A stretch of 64,000 bases of DNA from Acidimicrobiia bacterium (GTDB taxonomy: Bacteria; Actinomycetota; Acidimicrobiia; Spongiisociales; Spongiisociaceae), in NCBI GenBank assembly GCA_041576165.1, contig JBFGLM010000023.1, forward strand, positions 13,364 to 77,363. Direction: 5' to 3'. The notes under the pieces are model-generated. The model saw nothing but the letters and a program-made list of their open reading frames with translations, was not told the DNA's origin and made no database searches. Shown piece after piece: positions 59,103 to 64,000 of this stretch; within the stretch, counting starts at the first letter, position 1, and the number at the start of each line of letters is the position of its first letter. A program made the position numbers and the translations under genes.

Positions 59103-60224
59103 ATGAGCCAATGGAGATATCTCACAGACGATTATCAAGGCGCCGCCCGAGGCCTGGCATTGGATGAGGCCCTGATGGAACGCTACAACCGGGACGCCCT
59201 CGAGTCGGAGCCTACCCTCCGGCTGTACACGTACGAAAGTCACGCCGCGCTGTGCGGCAGGTTTCAGCACATCGCCGCCGAAATCGATCTGGATGCGTGT
59301 CGGGCGAACGGGACCAGGTTCAACCGCCGGCCCACTGGCGGCGGCGCGATCGTAATGGGCGAAGGCCAGCTCGGAGTCGCCGTCGTCACCCGGGCTCCCG
59401 CCGCCGACCGGCCCAAGGCGCTGTTGCTCCGTTTCTCGGAGGGGATCGTGGCCGGACTGGCCGAACTGGGAATCGAGGCGGGGTTCGGGGGTAAGAACGA
59501 CCTCAAGGTGGGCCGCAAGAAGATCGCAGGCCTCGGCCTCTACCTCGATGGACGCGGGGGTCTGCTGTTTCACGCCAGCGTGCTGGCCGATCTCGACATC
59601 CCGTTCATGCTCGAGGTCCTGTCCACCCCGGTATCCAAGCTGGGAGACCAGGCGGTTGAGCTGGTGCAGGAGCGGGTGACGACGGTCAGCAATGAGACCG
59701 GCGGCGGATGGACCGGCCGGTCACTGCGGCCGGTGATCGAGGCAGGGTTCGCCAAAGCGCTCGAGATCGACCTCCAAACCGGGCGTCCGTCGCCAGACGA
59801 ACTGGAGTCGGCAGATCACCTCGTCGCGACGAAATACAACAGAGACGAGTGGATCTTCCAGCGCACTCCGCAGCCGGACGCGACCGCCACCGCCACGATC
59901 AAGACACCGGGCGGGCGGATACGGCTCTACCTGGCGCTGTCCGGCGCCACCATCAAGAGTGCGCTATTCACCGGCGACTTCAATCAGATACCGGAGCCAC
60001 TCGCCGAGTTCGAGAACCGGCTGAAGTGGGCCAGCCTCGACTGCCGCGAGATCGAACAGATCGCGGCCGCCACCCTTGGGGGCGGGACCGACCTAGGGAT
60101 CGAGCCGGACGAATTGGTCACTGCAGTGTTGAGCGCCGGGGAGCGGGCGGCGGGCGCCGAGATAGCTATGCCGGCCCGCACTGGGTCCTGCTACTTCCCC
60201 GAAGCCGAGGGGGTTACGACGTGA
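59103..60224 (+). CDS. Second lipoate:protein ligase/octanoyltransferase (LplA/LipM family, with C-terminal domain)
   Basis: LALDEAL, PTLRLY, RRPTGGGA, NDL....KKIAG, KTPGG.I...FTGDF. ATG after GAGGAGG. Confidence 0.85.
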   Translation: MSQWRYLTDDYQGAARGLALDEALMERYNRDALESEPTLRLYTYESHAALCGRFQHIAAEIDLDACRANGTRFNRRPTGGGAIVMGEGQLGVAVVTRAPAADRPKALLLRFSEGIVAGLAELGIEAGFGGKNDLKVGRKKIAGLGLYLDGRGGLLFHASVLADLDIPFMLEVLSTPVSKLGDQAVELVQERVTTVSNETGGGWTGRSLRPVIEAGFAKALEIDLQTGRPSPDELESADHLVATKYNRDEWIFQRTPQPDATATATIKTPGGRIRLYLALSGATIKSALFTGDFNQIPEPLAEFENRLKWASLDCREIEQIAAATLGGGTDLGIEPDELVTAVLSAGERAAGAEIAMPARTGSCYFPEAEGVTT

Positions 60225-61342
60225 CGGTGACGCCGCTGCGGAACCCAGAACGGCGAGCCGCCGAAGAGGCTTCCGGTGATCGCCATGTCAGCCCCGACTG
60301 GGTTCGTATATCCACCGCCAGCGCCATCGCCCTCCGATTCCGTTCGGGCCGCTTCGAGCGACCGTTCGATTTTGGTGGGATCAATCTGCTGCTGAACTAC
60401 ACGTCGGGTTGCCGCTCCGACTGCTCCTACTGCGGCTTGGCCCGGACCCGGCCGGGAGAGTACGAGGACAAGTCCTTCATCCGGGTGGAGTGGCCGCTGG
60501 TCGAAACGGACGAGTTGGTGGACCGGATGGCCAAATACGAGTCGACGCTGACCCGCTTGTGCATCTCGATGGTCACCCACGGCCGCGCCTACCGGGATAC
60601 GTTCGACATCACCGAGCGGATCCGCGCCAAAGTCGCGACGCCGCTCTCCATCCTGGTTGCGCCCCCGACCCTGAACCGCGCTCGGCTGGAGACATTCAGC
60701 GAGCTGGGAGTGGACATGATCGGGATCGGGCTCGACGCCGTCACCGAGGACCTGTTCCGGCGCCACCGCACCGATGTTCCGTCCGGCGGTGGGCTCGATT
60801 GGGCGAAATACTGGGAGGTGGTCAACGACGCCCGCGATCTGTTCGGGCCGTGGAAGGTCAACTGCCACACCTTGGTCGGCCTGGGGGAGACCGACTACGA
60901 CATGATCGACCTTTTCATCCGGTTGTGCGATCGGGAGATATTCCCCTACCTCTTCTGCTTCAACCCGGAGCCTGACTCGCGGCTGGGCAACGAACCGAAG
61001 GCGCCGATTGCCCGCTGGCGGCGTATCCAGCTGGCCAAGTATCTCATCGAGACGGAAGGCTTCCGCTGGGACCGCTTCGCATTCGACGACGCCGGGGCGC
61101 TGACCGAAATCCGGGGCGCTTCGCTGGATGAAACAGACGTGGTCGAGCTGGCGGTCGACAGCGGCATCCCGTTCATCACCAACGGCTGCCCGGGGCCTAG
61201 CGGAGAGCCGGGCTGTACGCGCCCCTACGGGTCGTACCGGCCATCGGAGCCCATGCGCGATTACCCGTTCCCACCCACCGCAGACGATCTACGCGTGATC
61301 CGGTCGGAAATGGCACTCGACGAGGTCTATGTCCGAGGCTGA
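60221..61342 (+). CDS. lipS2: Radical SAM lipoyl synthase LipS2-like
   Basis: LLLNY..GCRSDCSYCGLAR, FIRVEWP, RLCISM, GLGET, QLAKYL, T.GCPG...GCTRPYG. Confidence 0.8.
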   Translation: MTVTPLRNPERRAAEEASGDRHVSPDWVRISTASAIALRFRSGRFERPFDFGGINLLLNYTSGCRSDCSYCGLARTRPGEYEDKSFIRVEWPLVETDELVDRMAKYESTLTRLCISMVTHGRAYRDTFDITERIRAKVATPLSILVAPPTLNRARLETFSELGVDMIGIGLDAVTEDLFRRHRTDVPSGGGLDWAKYWEVVNDARDLFGPWKVNCHTLVGLGETDYDMIDLFIRLCDREIFPYLFCFNPEPDSRLGNEPKAPIARWRRIQLAKYLIETEGFRWDRFAFDDAGALTEIRGASLDETDVVELAVDSGIPFITNGCPGPSGEPGCTRPYGSYRPSEPMRDYPFPPTADDLRVIRSEMALDEVYVRG

Positions 61343-62000
61343 GGCCGGGATGCTCATCGTGGCGGACGACCGTCTGATCGTCCGCAATGCCATCCGGGCC
61401 GCCGAGGAGCTCGGGTTGCCGGTTTCGACCACCGCACCGGCCCCGGGAGCTCCACCGACGGTGGTCATCGTCGATCTGGACACGCCACAAGCAACGCAGG
61501 TCGTGGCAGATGCCAAGGGCCGCTCACCGACCACCATGGTGGTCGGTGTGCTCAGTCAGCCATCGGGGGAGATGTGGACCCAAGCGGAGGACCGGGGATG
61601 TGACGTCGTCACGTCCCGCGGAGCGTTGCGCAAAACGCTGCTCAGCAAGGTTCCGCCCTGGTTGGAATCACCCGGCGGGCGGCGGCTCCGCCTGTTCCCG
61701 GTGGATGACATCGCCGGACGCCTGGGGCTGGTGATGCGGATCGAGGACAGCCCGGTCGGGCCGCTAGCTGTGTTTCACATCGCCGGCGAGATCCTGGCCG
61801 TAGAGGACCACTGTCCTCATGCCGGGGCAACTCTGTCACAAGGCCCGATCAGCCTCGACGATGGGATCGTCACCTGTCCCGAGCACGGGAGCCGGTTCGA
61901 CACGCGCACCGGCGAACGCGTGCGGGGCCCGGCGGATGATCCGATCCGCACGTTCCGGGTGACAGTCGAGGACGGTTCGGCCTACCTGCACGTGTTGTGA
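61329..62000 (+). CDS. Receiver-like domain fused to a Rieske [2Fe-2S] ferredoxin
   Basis: N-terminal LIVADD...VIVDLD...GCDVV; C-terminal CPHAG..LS.G and VTCPEHGSRFD.RTG...GPA. Overlaps lipS2 by 14 bp. Confidence 0.8.
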   Translation: MSEAEAGMLIVADDRLIVRNAIRAAEELGLPVSTTAPAPGAPPTVVIVDLDTPQATQVVADAKGRSPTTMVVGVLSQPSGEMWTQAEDRGCDVVTSRGALRKTLLSKVPPWLESPGGRRLRLFPVDDIAGRLGLVMRIEDSPVGPLAVFHIAGEILAVEDHCPHAGATLSQGPISLDDGIVTCPEHGSRFDTRTGERVRGPADDPIRTFRVTVEDGSAYLHVL

Positions 62001-62042
62001 CGCGACGCCGGAGGTAGTGAGCCCCGAAGCTAGGCTCACAGT

Positions 62043-62828
62043 ATGAGGGCGACGGCCTGGCTGCTCTCCGCCATGTTGGTGTTCGCGGCCTGTACCGATG
62101 GTGACACGCCGGCTACTCCCGCCGCCGATGCGCCCGCCCCCACGGCCGAGTCTCCCGCCCCTGCCGCCGACGGCCAGCCCCCCGCCTTCCCGGGGGACGA
62201 GTTCGTCGATGAACGTGAAGAAATGGTCGATACGCAGATCGAGGAACGGGGGATCTCGAATCCGCTCGTGCTGGAGGCGATGCGTACGGTGCCCCGGCAC
62301 CTGTTCGTGACTGAAAACCAGTGGGAGCTGGCCTACGACGACCACCCTCTGCCGATCGGCCATGGCCAGACCATTTCCCAGCCCTACATGGTGGCGCTGA
62401 TGTCGGAGGAGTTGCAGGTTTCGCCCGGCGACAAGGTGCTCGAGATCGGCACCGGCTCGGGGTATCAAGCCGCGGTGCTGGGGCAGATGGGCATGGACGT
62501 CTACACGATCGAGATCATCCCCGAGCTGGCTCGTCGCTCGGGGGCGCTGCTGTCCGACCTGGGTTATGTCAACGTAGAGTCCCGGGCCGCGGACGGCTAC
62601 TTCGGCTGGGAAGAGGAAGCTCCATTCGATGCGATCATCGTCACGGCCGCACCCGACCACGTGCCGCAACCGTTGGTGGGCCAGCTGGTCCCGGGCGGGC
62701 GGATGGTGATACCCGTTGGACCGGTCGGCGCGGTCCAAACACTGTGGCGCTTCACGGCCGATGACACCGGTGAGCTGACTGCCGAGAATTTGGGTCCGGT
62801 GCGATTCGTACCGTTCACCCGCGAGTGA
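62043..62828 (+). CDS. pcm: Protein-L-isoaspartate O-methyltransferase with a lipoprotein signal
   Basis: VPRHLF, GQTISQP, VLEIGTGSGYQAA, APFDAI.VTAA, GGRMVIPVG, VRFVP; N-terminal lipobox FAAC. Confidence 0.9.
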   Translation: MRATAWLLSAMLVFAACTDGDTPATPAADAPAPTAESPAPAADGQPPAFPGDEFVDEREEMVDTQIEERGISNPLVLEAMRTVPRHLFVTENQWELAYDDHPLPIGHGQTISQPYMVALMSEELQVSPGDKVLEIGTGSGYQAAVLGQMGMDVYTIEIIPELARRSGALLSDLGYVNVESRAADGYFGWEEEAPFDAIIVTAAPDHVPQPLVGQLVPGGRMVIPVGPVGAVQTLWRFTADDTGELTAENLGPVRFVPFTRE

Positions 62829-64000
62829 GCTCGGGTTGCCGGCTTTCAGCCGGCGCCACCGGGACCGCGTACGCGGCGAGCAGAGCAGCTCCGGCATAAC
62901 AGAGCGCGCCGAGCCAGATCACGACCGTGAATCCGTAGCTGAGTGCCAAGACGGACGAGGCTGCAGCGCTGATGACCGACGCGGTCCCGTTGATGCCCCA
63001 TGCCCAAGGCACCAGGTGGGGCGCACGGTGTTCGAGGTGGGCCAGGCCTCGGGGAAACATGGTGCCCATCAGAAAACCGAGGGGGACGAGCGCTAGCGCG
63101 CCGACCGTGAGTCGCACGATGAAGGGTGTCCGGAGCAGGAGTCCCGTCAGCCAGCCCATCAGCGCCGGGTAAACGATGATGGCCGTAAGCAGCACGGCTG
63201 AACCCAGCCGCCACGGAATCCGGGCCGAGGCCAGCGACCCGATGCCGGATGCCAGCAACAACGCAAACAGCACCACCGCCACCGCGGTCGTGGGCCGGCC
63301 CACCAGCAGGATGTAGCGCTGGATCAGCGGGATCTCCACGAACAAGAAGCCAATCCCCAGGAAGCCGAAATAGCCGACCGTCCACCACCGGCTGTGGGGC
63401 GCCTGGCCGGTGCCGGCCGGGAGCCGCCTCAGCAACAGAGGGATGACGATCAGGGCCACCGAGCCCAGCGTTGATAGGCCCAGTAGGGCCAGCAGCACGA
63501 AGTAGCCGGCCCCACCGAACGGCTGCCAGGTGCGTCCGAGGGTGTCGAGGACCTGAGGAGCCTGAGCCCATTCGAAAAAATGGCCGAAGAAGGGATGGTC
63601 GTCGGTCGGCGGCGCGATGTCGAAATCGGTCGCTGCGTACGCAGATTGGAGTTTGCCGCTCAGCAAGTCCCCTGCCAGCGGGGCATAGTCATCGGCTGGG
63701 AGCACGTTGAAGCGGTTGGTCTCGTCGGACAGGAGGCCGGGCGCCGCCACGAGATCGAAGCGGCGTTCCTCGGCAAAAGTGCGGATCGTTGTGAGGTCAC
63801 CGGCGCTGAAGCCGCCAGGTTGGACGAGCAGGAGGATTGTCGAGTAGCCGCGCAGCGCCACGACCGCCTCTCTCGGGTTCACACCCTGGCGCCGGAGCGC
63901 CGCCGCCGCGGTTGCTACCAACCGTGACTCTTCGCTGGGTGGTGTCTGGACCCAGCGCATCGCAGTCAGAATCCCGCCGGGACGGAGCAGCTCGAGGTAG
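62815..64000 (-). CDS. Spermidine-synthase-like SAM-dependent membrane protein, C-terminal part (runs off window)
   Basis: PPTDDHPFF, YF..LGIGF.FVEI, PLGFLMG..FP.GL, WAWGING..SV motifs. Confidence 0.8.
   Translation of the reverse strand, partial: YLELLRPGGILTAMRWVQTPPSEESRLVATAAAALRRQGVNPREAVVALRGYSTILLLVQPGGFSAGDLTTIRTFAEERRFDLVAAPGLLSDETNRFNVLPADDYAPLAGDLLSGKLQSAYAATDFDIAPPTDDHPFFGHFFEWAQAPQVLDTLGRTWQPFGGAGYFVLLALLGLSTLGSVALIVIPLLLRRLPAGTGQAPHSRWWTVGYFGFLGIGFLFVEIPLIQRYILLVGRPTTAVAVVLFALLLASGIGSLASARIPWRLGSAVLLTAIIVYPALMGWLTGLLLRTPFIVRLTVGALALVPLGFLMGTMFPRGLAHLEHRAPHLVPWAWGINGTASVISAAASSVLALSYGFTVVIWLGALCYAGAALLAAYAVPVAPAESRQPELTRG

Noticed and set aside
1-64000. CRISPR arrays, IS/integrase, prophage, rRNA or tRNA
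   Set aside because: No spaced repeat arrays, transposase, integrase or phage motifs, or RNA gene signatures were seen by eye.

Overview
High-GC bacterial DNA, probably Actinomycetota and perhaps Acidimicrobiia. This is inferred from F420-type enzymes, an MMPL protein and Thr/Ser-rich lipoproteins. The first ~44 kb is a mosaic of metabolic, transport and membrane genes. It includes a persulfide-handling trio (MFS, persulfide dioxygenase-rhodanese, ArsR-rhodanese with twin operators), an atypical PlsY near a PEP-dikinase-like gene, malic enzyme, a GcvT-family dehydrogenase and two ABC exporters. The dominant feature is a ~17.7 kb sulfur-oxidation supercluster at 44.3-62.0 kb. It has a divergent ArsR, then tusA, two dsrE, shdrC1-B1-A-H, a fused shdrC2/B2, etfBA, an Etf:quinone oxidoreductase, two small proteins, three GcvH/LbpA lipoyl carriers, two lipoate ligases, LipS1 and LipS2 radical SAM enzymes, and a terminal receiver-like/Rieske fusion. 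This matches a type II sHdr system with its own lipoate assembly pathway. Unusual features are a Cys-free third carrier, no lipT, the receiver-Rieske fusion, Cys-to-acidic changes in the CCG domains and a probable CTG start codon. No rRNA, tRNA, CRISPR or mobile element was seen. All calls rest on motif recognition by eye; no database search was run.
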